Shown here: piece by piece, positions 26,330 to 38,089 of the stretch
How positions within the stretch are numbered: the first letter of the stretch is position 1
How the letters are laid out: every line of letters begins with the position of its first letter
NCBI GenBank assembly: GCA_022813965.1
Contig: JALDZS010000032.1
Location: forward strand, 62,001 to 126,000
Direction of reading: 5' to 3'
Length of the DNA: 64,000 nt
From: Toensbergia leucococca
Taxonomy: Eukaryota
Notes under the pieces: model-generated
What the model saw: only the letters and a program-made list of their open reading frames with translations
Databases searched by the model: none
Told to the model about the DNA's origin: nothing
Made by a program: the position numbers and the translations under genes

Positions 26330-26865
26330 TATACAAGACTGTCTGTAACTCACCTCGAGGTCCTTCTCGCCAGAAGTCCACGGAATGCAACGGAAAACGT
26401 GGTTTTGGTCTTTGCGGATGCCTGTGTAGAACTTAATTCCTCTCCTCCACTCACCCTGCCATACTTCTTCATCATCGATCTCATCACTCTGTTTCTTGAC
26501 AAGGAAGACCTTGACCGTTTCATCTCACAAAATCCATCACACCTGGTCATCAAGACTGTCTTCAATCAGTCTTGTTACTGTCAGCGTCCTCTTGGCTAAT
26601 GGGCCACAGAATCTTATAGAAACGTGGTCTTGGTCTTTGCGGACGCCTGCGTCTCCTCCATTCACCATGTCCATACTTCTTCTTCTTCACCATCCTCATC
26701 ACTTCACTTCTTAACAGACTCCACCAGGTTCATCTTTCCTGAAGGAGTCACTCCCTTCATCAACACTGTCTTCAGTCGGTTTGGAAGCTGGCAGCCATTA
26801 CTTGGCTGAAGTGCCACAGAATATCACGGAAACGTGGTCTTGGTCTTTGCGGATGCCTGTGTACG
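26330..26865. repeat. Three copies of a ~32-bp core in 225/210-bp units
   Basis: AAACGTGGTYTTGGTCTTTGCGGAYGCCTGYGT at 26395, 26620 and 26830. Confidence 0.92.
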
Positions 26866-26899
26866 CAATAACAAAGACAATCAGGCTCATCACACTTTT

Positions 26900-29250
26900 C
26901 TCACAACTTTCTTCTGCACATGCTGCGAGCCACAACGCCAACCAAGACTCTTTACAGACATGCCTTAGAGAGAATTGTAAGACCTTATTAGCTGGCATGG
27001 CAACTACTGAAATGTCGAAGTAGGTGCGTGATATTTCAAGATGGACAATCTTGGTAAAGATGCAAAAGAACAACATCATCATCTGACACACTAGGATAGG
27101 CAGAAATCAAGGAGAGCGAGACTTGATCAACGACGAGGATGCGGAATAGAGCTTTCGACCCGAGTCTTTGCGATGTCAGCAAAGCTCGAGAAGCACAACG
27201 AGTGGGCCTGATACTTTGATTCAGATGCCCTACAGAGAAGGAGAGTGCTAGCCGGAACACTCCAAAAGAAGGGCAACGCGAGTTTCCGGACGGCAATCAG
27301 ATGGACTCGATATTTTCGATCCTACCTCAAAGCAGGTGAAAGTGATCCTCACAGGAGGGCTTCAAAAGACATCATTTGAGACGAGGACTTACAACAAGGC
27401 GATTCCTAGACGCATCAAGGGCTCTGATGCAGTCACATCGACCTGGATATCTCGCAACATAGATTAAAATACTTTCATAATAGTCGACAAAGCCCATTAT
27501 TTTATGGGCTCAACTTGATCGTGGGCAAGGAAGATACCTAGTAGCTGAAAGCAAATCAACTCGCATCTAGCAGCCAGTCAATATCCACGAAACATAAGAA
27601 AGCGACACGCGTGTGAAACTTTCGGCGAAAACTTGATTCATTGTCTGTTCTGTCTTTCCGAGTCCTCGAGTCTCCGACAAGATAACCTCCAAAGCTTCGA
27701 CCACAATTGAGTGGGCTGAATTGGGGTTGAAGACTTCTTTACCGCATCAATCCTACACAACCATCGATCCTCATTAGAGAATACCACAGTCCATTCACTG
27801 ACCCACTTATCAAATGCGACGACGGATGCTGAGGGTCTATTCTGCGATCTCATCAGCTCCTCGTTCAGGACTTTGATGTTCATGCACCGCTGGTAAAATG
27901 GCTGGACTCTATAAGACCACGTCATGGTTCACATAAAAAGTGTTCTTCGCCTTACCCGGCGCCGAATTCAATCGACTAGCTCATTGCCGCTTTGGAGCGG
28001 GTTTGTCGAACATACCTTTTCCCGTTGTGCCATAGTCTTGATTCGTGACGCTGTAACCACGCAATAAAATTTATTCTGAAGGGGCCAAACTGTGCGCCTT
28101 GACGAGACCTTTTCAAGTCGAGTTTCAGCCGACGAAGACAATCTTGACTAGGTCCTTGGCGCCAGCTTAATTTAAGGTGAGGAGCGACTTGAGTTGGTGT
28201 GGTTATAGTTGGAAGAAAGACGGTGTAAACTCGCCAAGGCGGCCCTGTCTGAAATCAGTCTTTTTGAGGGATCTTCAAGTGCCGTTCAATCCATTGAGGT
28301 GATCAAACTAACATGGAGGAAGAACATCCTTGTACTTCTCCCACCGCTACCATTGATAACCCTCTTCTCCGGGTGGCTGTGTTGCTATCCTCTGCTTGTA
28401 TTGTGGAACAGAAGAAGCCAAGGCAGAGTACATAAAATGAGAGATCTGGACCCCCTTTGGAAACGACTCGCACTCTCCTCTAATCGCATCTACTAGCGAT
28501 AGAAGAATTCCGACCATTCCGTTGATGGGAAAACCTTTAGGCTCCTGGTCAAGAAATTCGGGTTCAACAAGCAATATCCCCTCCATTCTCGGAGACGTCA
28601 AAAAAGCAAGAGCCTATGTAAAGCCGAGGCGAGGCAAGCAACTTCACCCCTGAACACAATACCTTCGTTCGCTTCTCAAGCAAGCACAGGCGTCGAGACC
28701 TCAAAAATCGTCAAGCGAGTCCTCGTCGCTTTTACGACTGTTTGAAAAGCGAATCGATGGCCGTGGGGTTACCATGAAGAAGATGGTGATTTTTGGTGTT
28801 ATGAAAAACACTCCAGAATAGTCCTAGTGATAACCACGATATTTCCGACAATTAAGAAAGCTCATCCGCATCGGATGATAAAAATGAGCCCGCAAAGGCA
28901 CAATCTATTGTCCAAGCAGACGCACCATGGGCTTTGACTACTCCATCCAAAATCCTCTTGACTACGTATGAAGAGTCAGATGAGATGGAGAGTGTGTGAA
29001 GAGGTAGAGACCAATGATAAAGATGGGGGGCAGCGATATTGTTAGACGATTAGACGAGCCCAGATGTTGTTCTTTTCCACCTGAACCATCAACGTCGCGT
29101 ATTCTGGAGGTTTCCACGAAAAGAGAAGGCATATCCTGAAAAGCTGGACATGGGTTGAGGTGAGAGTATGGATTTGCGCAAACACAAGGAAGCAAAAAAC
29201 AAGACATATTTTGCAATAATCTTCATGATTGGATGTGGATTAGCAGCTGT
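26900..29250 (+). pseudogene. Possible decayed SF2/DExH helicase-like gene
   Basis: Frame from 27303: KVILTGGLQKTSFETRT...NTFIIVDKAHYF (DEAH with one G>A). KILLTTYE occurs at ~28950. Other motifs are poorly supported. Confidence 0.25.
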
Positions 29251-29538
29251 GAGCAAGATATGCCAGTCGATTGTTGAAGTTGCAAGAAATGAGGTAAGCT
29301 GTTGAAGGGACAAAAGATAAATGTGATATGACGAACAGTGAGCTGATACATCATTCAAGAGGATTCATGTGCCTCTATCTGACGTTGAATCTCCCTTTTG
29401 AAGATCGGATAAAGTCAAACCACCTGCCATCGGTTCAACCCAGAGCCTCGGTTGCGGAGGTCTCTCCAACGACATCCTGGAATCGGTCTGTCTCGCTTTG
29501 AAAGCTAGAGTCGGCGATATGACCATGTTTGAATGACT

Positions 29539-30335
29539 CGTCGGTAGCAGCCTCTTCAGTCGACGCAGAAGACCTACCCAGTTCTCAACTTGGCACTTTC
29601 CATCGCCCGCAAGAAGACCCTTAAACCACTCTTTCAAAGCAACCCGTGTCTTCTATTGCTGGCAGCCTCTTCAGTCGACGGATACAAAACACTCGCGCTT
29701 CGTCGTCGTTCGAGGACCTATCCAGTTCTCAACTTGGCGCTTTTCATCATCAGCAAAAAGACCCTCAAATCACACTTTCAAAGCTAGCATGTGTCTCCTC
29801 TCGGTAGCAGCCTCTTCAGTCGACGCATTTCTATATATATTTCATTGAAAGCCGACGAGACACACCATTTACAGGCATGTGGTAATGGAACTCCCTCAGA
29901 TCAAAGAGACTGGATACTCTCTGGTCATAGTTCTTTAAGCCTCTTCAAAACGACGCATTTCTATGTATATTTTGTAAAAAGATGCTTGGATGACTTTTTC
30001 CATCAACTTCGAAACAAGGAACCGGGTCAAAAGCCGTCTTCTTTCATTGGCGCTGTCTCTTTTTCTCAAACCACTCTTTCGAAGCCAGCATGTGTCTCCT
30101 ATTGCTGGCAGCCTCTTCAGTCGACGCATTTCTATATATATTTCATTGAAAGCCGACGAGACACACCATTTATAGGCATGTGGTAATGGAACCCCCTCGG
30201 ACCAAAGAGACTGGATACTCTCTTGTCAAAGTTCTTTAAGCCTCTTCAAAACGACGCATTTCTATACATATTCTCATAAAAAGATGCTCCGGGTCAAAAG
30301 CCGTCTTCTTTCATTGGCGCTGTCTCTTTTTCTCA
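29539..30335. repeat. Compound repeat array with a 19-bp core and a ~300-bp direct duplication
   Basis: GCAGCCTCTTCAGTCGACG at 29547, 29662, 29807 and 30108. Variant GCCTCTTCAAAACGACG at 29939 and 30240. ~29785-30070 is duplicated at ~30087-30335. Confidence 0.95.
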
Positions 30336-30693
30336 TGTACAGACTGTACCCTCTGGTTGAGAGAGTATTCAGAAGATGATAACGGGATGTGATAGAAGCT
30401 GCCAATACCGGGGCCAGTGAAAAGAAAAGACCCCATGCAAATGTTCAGGATGGGCCCTGAAACAATTGTCAGGAATAGAGGGCGATCATGGACTCCTACC
30501 AAAACGACAAACATGTCTCCCTCAATTGCCAGCAATAGGTGTCGCAATCTATTGAATGTCGTTAAAATCCGGCCCTATTCCAGCTCGAAACAGCCGAAAG
30601 TCCATACATATTCTTCTACTTTTCAAACCCCTGTCGATAATCGCTCTGGGGCAGTACATCTTGAGCAGATCGCTGGGAACCGACTTGAAGAAA

Positions 30694-32262
30694 AGCTCAA
30701 CTTCAAGGAGTCAGAAAAAGATAAAGAGCTCCATTCTAGTTCTTGAAGTGTAGGCTTCTTTGTCGCTCGGAACTTGATCACGCATCCTGTTCTTCAATAT
30801 CAGGCACTTGCTCCTTTGACTTCTGCAGCTTGATCGATTCAAGATGCAGAGTATCAGTCAAAGAACCCAAATCAGGCGGCCAAGGTCGAGGCTATGTCAA
30901 CGGGCCACTGAAGAGTAAGGTATCAGTCAAAGAAACCGAATCAGGCGGTCAAGGTCGAGGCTATTGTCAACGGCTGGAGAGTATCAGTCAGAGAAACCAA
31001 ATCAGGCGGCCAAGGTTAGGGCTAATGTCAGCGGCCACTGGAGCTCACCTAATGTATGCAAGATACTCAAACATGTTACCCTCACCACCAAGTCTTCCAT
31101 TCCGGAAGTATACATATACCATAGAGTTCAGGGGCCTGCGAGAGAGCTCAGGCATATAAACGGAGAAAAGTCCGCGCGATTACGTCGAATTGATCTTGTT
31201 GAAGTTATATCTCAAAGACCCGAAGCGATCTACCAGACCTCACCCATTCTCATGCTTCGCTGAGTCAGAACAGATAAAGAACCCCATACCAGCTTCTTTG
31301 CGACTCAGCACTGGATCTCAACAAATCCGCAGACGATATCGGCCATGACGACTTGTACTTCTGGCTTCAATTTATGTTTAAAGTACAATGCGAGTTGATG
31401 AGAGGTTCGTTAAGAGCCGGGTATTACTCCTCGGGATTTCGCGACCCGGTCTTTTCCAGAGTGATCATCGATAGAATCTCAACCAGACCCGTTGGATATG
31501 ATGACTTGGCTTCTGCATATCAAATTCATTTGATTGTGTTCTGTCTCCCTCTGTTGATACCACACCTGCTCGTACCACACCCTGGGTAACGTTGCTCGTA
31601 TTGAATCCGGGGCTTAGAGTCTGGAAGAGAGGGAGATGTTGAAGATGTAGTCTTGGTAACCAGCGTCTTTGCGGGCTCTCCACAGCTCCGCAGCCTTGTC
31701 AGCAAAAAAAAGCAGAAGTTATTGTTGGCTTTCGAAACCACTCATCACCCGCAAGAAGACTCAGGATGAAACCTGAGAAAGTTTGCTTTTTCCGAATCCG
31801 GGGCTTATGATCTGGAAGAGAGGGAGATGTCGGAGATGGAGTTTTGGGTGACCGCAAGAAGACCCAGGATGAAGCCTGAGAAAGATTGCTTTTTCCGAAT
31901 CCGGGGCTTGCAGTCCGGAGAGAGGAAGACGTTGGTGACGGACTCTTGGACGACAAGTGTGGGCTTCTTCTGTGCTCGGAACTCGATCATCCGTCTTGCT
32001 CTTCGACATCAGGCGCTTGCTCCTTTGGCTTCTGCTGCTTGGTAAATCGATTTGAGATACAGAGTCGCGCGATTACATCGAAATGAGCTTGTCGAATATG
32101 AATGCTGAGCTCGACTTCGCTGAGTCAGAAATAGATAAAGAGCCCCATTCTAATTCTTAAGCTTCTTTTGTGCTCGAAACATGATCATTCGATCTGTTCT
32201 TCAATATCAGGCACTTGCTTCTTTGACTTCTGCGGCTCGGTCGATTTGAGATACAGAGTTGC
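30694..32262. repeat. Interleaved repeat families (~100-bp x3, ~60-70-bp x3, ~100-bp x3)
   Basis: ATCAGGCRCTTGCTYCTTTGRCTTCTGC units near 30754, 31963 and 32161. GTATCAGTCA...ATCAGGCGGYCAAGG at 30851, 30920 and 30981. GAATCCGGGGCTT at 31603, 31794 and 31897. Confidence 0.92.
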
Positions 32263-33069
32263 AGTAAATTTTTGGTCCCGTTGAAGATATATACCGAGCT
32301 CTGGAGAATGAGCAGATGGTGACGGTGTGTAGGTAGTAAAGAGAATGGCAGGTAGTGGGACATTCCAAGGAGACAGACAAATGGATGGCCGGATTATATG
32401 CCTCGAAGACGGAGCTGAAATGAAGTATGGCCATCTACCTGAACTCGGCGTTCACAGAGTACTGACCGCGAATAAAGTACAGATCTGTGCCATGGCGTCC
32501 TCGAGTTCTAGCCAAATGACCATCCAACCGGTAGAACATGGCGGCTATGGAAATATTGCGGGAGAGCTTTTTGGAGGTCTCAAGGATCGCGCTTTCAAGT
32601 CTCGCTGCCCTCCAATCGTGACACCTGATACGATCAGGCATCTCAAGCTTAGGCTTGCAGCCTTCTGTCCCGCAAACAGCTAAGATAGTTGTCCTCGATA
32701 CCAAGACTATGTGTAAAATAGACTCAGTCCTCTAGATGGCCGAGAAACCTGGAAGGTAACGCCAGGGTGTTCGCCCTGCGACATTAGAGATCTTGACTTT
32801 TAGGAGATGGTGTCATTCAAGAAGACGCTTTCATTATTGAATGCTGTCGATTGTTTCGGAAACGTGATTTTTACTACTGGATCCAGTCTCTCAGCCGAGA
32901 GAAGGTCAAGATATATTGCTCAGGCAACATCGTCCTCGCTATGATTACACCGGTCACAAACGGCTATCCGAAAAACATCTTCATGGATTCGACTGGAGTG
33001 GAAGCAGAAGCGTTCGCTTGTCGATAAATCGAATCCTTCTGTTAACACGGAGAACGCATGTTCATTTAT

Positions 33070-33801
33070 AAAAATCGGGTGCCTCTAGGATACGTTCGAA
33101 AAAGTCCACAGATAGAAAAAGAGGTTGTGGAGTAGCGGTGAGTAAAAGTAGAGTGTGACAGGCTCTGCACTTCCAAAGGGATCGATATCCAAGACGAAGC
33201 GCTTCCTCCTTGGGGCTCTGATATCACATCGGTTGCGTATACAAGAGCCGCAGCAATTGGCACAGAAGTATACTATACGCGATCGTGTTCTAATTTCAAT
33301 CCTTTTAGGCTCCGCATATAATCAATGGGACCGATTTTCAAAGTAAGGCACGGGCACTTCCTGGGCTCCGCTGAACCCTAAAAATGGTTTCTGCCTCTGA
33401 GATACGTTCGGAAAAGTCCACAGATAGAAAAAGAGGTTGTGGAGTAGCGTCTCAGGGCTCTCTCAACTGCTGGGTAAACTGGAGGACTCGATGCTGCATC
33501 CATGGCTGGGTCAGTTACTGTAGTCGATAGAAGAGAGGCGTTGAGAAAAAACGAAGACTTGAGGCCTGATGGGAGTTCGAAGACGGTGAGTAAAGGCAGA
33601 GTGTGACAGGCTCTGTTGTATGCGCGTGTGAACAACACGTCGCTTCTTGTCAGCATATTTCTTAGCTTTGTCTAACCTCAAAACACTGTGCAAGAGCCTA
33701 TTTGGCGCACTGGAGAGGGAGCAAGGCACTGATGGAGATGAGGATGTGTGACAGATGAAGGTGAGGATCCAAGACAGGGCGCTTTCCTCCTTGGGGCTCT
33801 G
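33070..33801. repeat. Direct duplication in which the left copy lacks two internal segments
   Basis: 33070-33220 matches 33380-33449 + 33586-33615 + 33767-33801. Confidence 0.9.
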
Positions 33802-36800
33802 GGTTCAACTCGGAATCCCGAATTACACGCAAGTCGGACCGCCGGATTGAACGCGAAGATAAATTCTGTTGACAATGCCGAAGGTCACAGTTGTCGAATG
33901 CCGCTCCTCAGCTCGAGAAACATTCGCTGCGTTGCCAAGAAACATCAATACTCTTTTCTTTTCATTGAGCAGTTTTCGGCTGGTAAGATTTTGATCTGTT
34001 GTGGAGGGCGAGGAGGCCGCAGAAGACGAGGAGGCAGCAAAAGGCGAGGAGGTAGAGAAGCATTTGGTTGGCGAGGAATCTTGACTCCTACCAGCTCCGT
34101 GTTGGACTCAGCACTGGATCTCGACAAGTCCAAATACGGCATAACAGACAGGTCATCGAACGAGGATTTTCCATGGTCAACGGCCTTGGCTGGTCGATTG
34201 GACCAAAAATCTGAGAGCGAGCCCAGATATAGAATAACGGAGAGCTCATTAGATGAGAACGATTCGCGGACAGCGGGCTGGGCTGGCTGAGTGGACCAGA
34301 CACTTGAGACGGAGCCCAAACATTCAAGGGTAAACCCAAGATATTTGACATAGTGCATACTCATTCATCGAGCGCAGAGAGCCGAGCTTGTCCCCGATGC
34401 AATCCTCCGTCTTATCAAATTCTGCCTCTGGGGCGAGACTAATCTCCCACTGGCTTGTTAGCGGAGGCGAGCAGGAATCGCTTTCTCGACCCGGGTATTC
34501 TTCGTGCCAGCAAAGCTCGGAGAAAAAGGGCGTCTTGGCTGATACTCTCATTCGGATATAACATTTGATAGAATGAGAGGGGGAGGATTTCCAAGCCCAC
34601 ATCCATTCAACACCCGGAGTCGCGCAACGAAACGGAGGTTGAGCATCTCGGGGCAGCTTTTACAAGGAATCCTCGCTCGCTACTCTACCGTCAGCTCGAG
34701 TTTCAGGGGAGTTTCCCCATGATCCACTTATTTACTCGTGGTGAGGCTTTGATGTCACCACAGTCTTCGATGGTGATAGGGACTCTGACCTGGAGTTCTT
34801 CAATCTTCATATCAGAGTGAAGAGATTAATCCGTCTCGATTCTCTTCTCGGCCCCACCAAAACGCCAAGACTTTTGGTTCGAGCGTATTGAAAACGCCGT
34901 CTCCCGTCACCACAAGAAGAAGGAAGTATTTGTCTTTCTTCCTTCTAATCTCCTTCCTCGTTCATTCTTCGTCAATACACAACTTTGGTATAAGCACTGT
35001 CAAGGGTGATTGTCCTCATTCTTCTAGCGCCATCGCAGTCAAGCCCAAGGAGCTGATAAAGAAAATCACGTTGATAGGTGTTTTCTTCGCCGCGCCTTGT
35101 TCTCAGCATCTACCAGGAGCCCAGAGCCATCTGATTGATTGAAGCAAGAATCACCAATACTGTGATACCAATCAACGCAGTGTTCCTCACAGTGTTGCAA
35201 GATGAAGAATGCGGTACGACGTTCCCTAAGCCCATCCAAGAGAGGGAAATAGGGGAACGGAACAAAATTCTCCGACCTAGCTCCACGTATCGCAGTCTCG
35301 AAAGATAATGAGCTGGCCAAAAGCTCAATTTATCGCTGCCTCTTTCTGGATCGCTGGTGAAACGTTTCAGATGAGTCACGAGGTATGGAGAGAAGGTGCG
35401 CGGGAGACAAAACTAACCTTCCTTGGCCTCGAAAAATTCACAAAACCACGGCACCTTGCAAGGAGATGAAGCTACTCTCCTCAAAGCCAAGACAACAGCA
35501 CCAAGGTCTTCGTAGAGGAAGGTATCTGACTAGAGGGTAACGTATGGATTGTGAAAGAGAAGAAGGTGGAGATGGCACTGGGAGGTTAGCCGCAAACTAA
35601 TCTCCTGGTACAACGTACTGCTTCAAGTGCTAAGAAGCGAAGGAAAGAGAGATTGTTGAGGTGAGAGGAACGGTAGTGTGGCTTTGGTGAAGATGGAGGT
35701 GTCGGGGTGAGACCTTACAGGTCGGTGGGTGATTAGGTTGTAAGTTGGTGGCACCAACGGGTAAGAGTTGAAGGTCGGTGTGTAAATATCCTACAGTGGT
35801 CGTGCTCGCTTGTGGTGCAGAATACTTGTTGGTTCAAACACACAAGATGACCTTGATGTTTTTGCAATCACAACCTGCGTTGACCAGAATGAACAAGATC
35901 AGGAGTGCTTTAGTAATCAATCACGCTGTGTCATTCTTTCTACCTATTATTTGACTACATGAGTGTCACTTTTCTAGGCATGAAAGAAACCTGTGTCATA
36001 GTCAGTCATAATCCCACCTTATCCTCCTCTTCTCTTCATACTTCCATCATCAACATCCACTCACTCATAATGTCCACTCAAAAGCCCTCTCAGGATCCGG
36101 AATTTTTTCAACACAGGTGACTTCATAAGCAAAGTCGGGTATTTGCTTAGGTTGTCTTCTACTCATGGAAGCAGATGTAAGAAGCTAATATAACTTTCGA
36201 GGGAAGCGGATGAGAATGAGATTTATTGTCTTGTCAGAGCTGGGAGGAGATCTCAGGCGACCAGTTTCTTTTTCAACTGCAACACGAGAACTCACTCTCA
36301 TCCACCATACCCTTTTGTAAGAGAAAATGGAATCCACGCACAACCCTGATTCTAGCTCGATGGTTGATACCACCAACATACAAACAATCAAACCTGCGAG
36401 CAGCGACCAAGAAGTTCCACCTGACATTCAAAGCCATCATTGCATCCACATCCACGATCTCTTTGACTAGTGGCTCACTGTCCAGAGGCATGTGTGGTAG
36501 GTAACACATCCTATACCGACATAATCCAATCCACTCCACAGCCGAGACTTGCTGAGCGAGCAGTCCGTTTCCTTTGCCCCTATCTTTCGACGCCAAGAAG
36601 ATGATAATTGAGCCGTCCACCTCCTCCAGCACTGGCACACCACCCGGCGATCACCCACCTTTAGACAACGAACAATCCATGCAGAGAGTATCGGCTTACA
36701 TCTGTCAGAGACAAGGTACCAAATTAGGGGTTCTAGGCACCTCGCCATATACTAAACAGACGGTCTATTCAATTCACCCAATATGGGGCCCATACCACGT

Positions 36801-38089
36801 ATGAGAGCCCTCAATACTACCCATAGCAAAGGGACTTTGACCTAGGCTTCCTTCTCAGAACCCGTCTCTCATCTATCGAATTCGCATAAACATCACCACA
36901 GGACGCTGAAACGAAGAAGAATTAGTCACACTCACTCGCCTATCGCCTATAACAACTACAAGGAGCCAATTCTCTAGCAGGAAGACAAAGGAAGGATCGA
37001 TGGCAACGGACGATCCACTACTAATGTGGGCCGCAGAGAATCATCACAAGGAAACGCAGTTGACGAATACGACCGGGGCCTAGCTTCTGCCGCCCTTGGC
37101 GTTGACGATTCCAGTGAACACGCCAACCCAGCCCTAGTCGCCGCTGGCTGTGGACTCGACGAATTTACCAATGTCCATGATATTTCCTGGAGCTAGTGAC
37201 TCATTCCAGCTTCTCGTAGACTTGAGAGTGTCAATCAACGACTATTTCTAGGGCCTAGATTCTGTATTGTGGTATACTTGAGAACGCACAGCACAAAGTC
37301 AACCTTCCGCCAGTGATAAAACTGGTGGTGTAGTTGAAAGTCACTCCTTACCTGCAGTATCTTTGAACCGCTCCTTGGTCAAGACTGCCGAGTACTTTCT
37401 CATCATTGCTTTGCACCTCTTCGTTCAAATCCTAGTTACTTCTATTCAGACTTTAAATATCAGCATCTTTCGGAGTCACCAATCTGTTACACAGGTTCAT
37501 CAAGACAGTCCAAAGTCAAAATTCAGATGCATCACCCTTACCACGCTTTCTCCCGTCAAAGGTACGAGTCATTTCAACCACACTTTGAGTAAGAACGATC
37601 CCTGCAAGCCGGAGATAATCTCGGGTTGCAAAGTCATCTTTTTGAGCTATTCTCATTTCTATATGGACCGCAGGGGGCTTGGGCTGGTGAAGGCTTCAAC
37701 AATTGAGACTGGAGAAATCTCAACGAAACGCAGGTCCCTCAGCGACCCACGAAACGAAGGCGAAGACAAATGAAAGCACTGGGGGTCGGGGAGGGTTCAT
37801 CAGGTTGCTGAACGAGGAATTTTCTCAAAAAAACACCATGAAGTATGACTACCACCTGTGGCAAGGAGTCGGATGGTGAGAGGATGAAGAAAATGGTATA
37901 GCGATGGAGCGGAGAGGCGCCATATCTTTGGCAAAAACAAAAGAAGATACAGAAAAGAACATTGCTCGTTTCCTTGATTCTTTCAAGAAGCGCAACGCGA
38001 TCGTCAAAGGAGTGAAGGCTGTAGCTCAACCCGAGGACAAACCACAGTCATTATCAACTACTTGAAACTGCTTCACATCAGTAGAACCT

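Noticed and set aside
29539..30335. CRISPR-like array (also considered for 26395-26865)
   Set aside because: Eukaryotic context, no cas genes, and the spacers are 100-200 bp and homologous to each other
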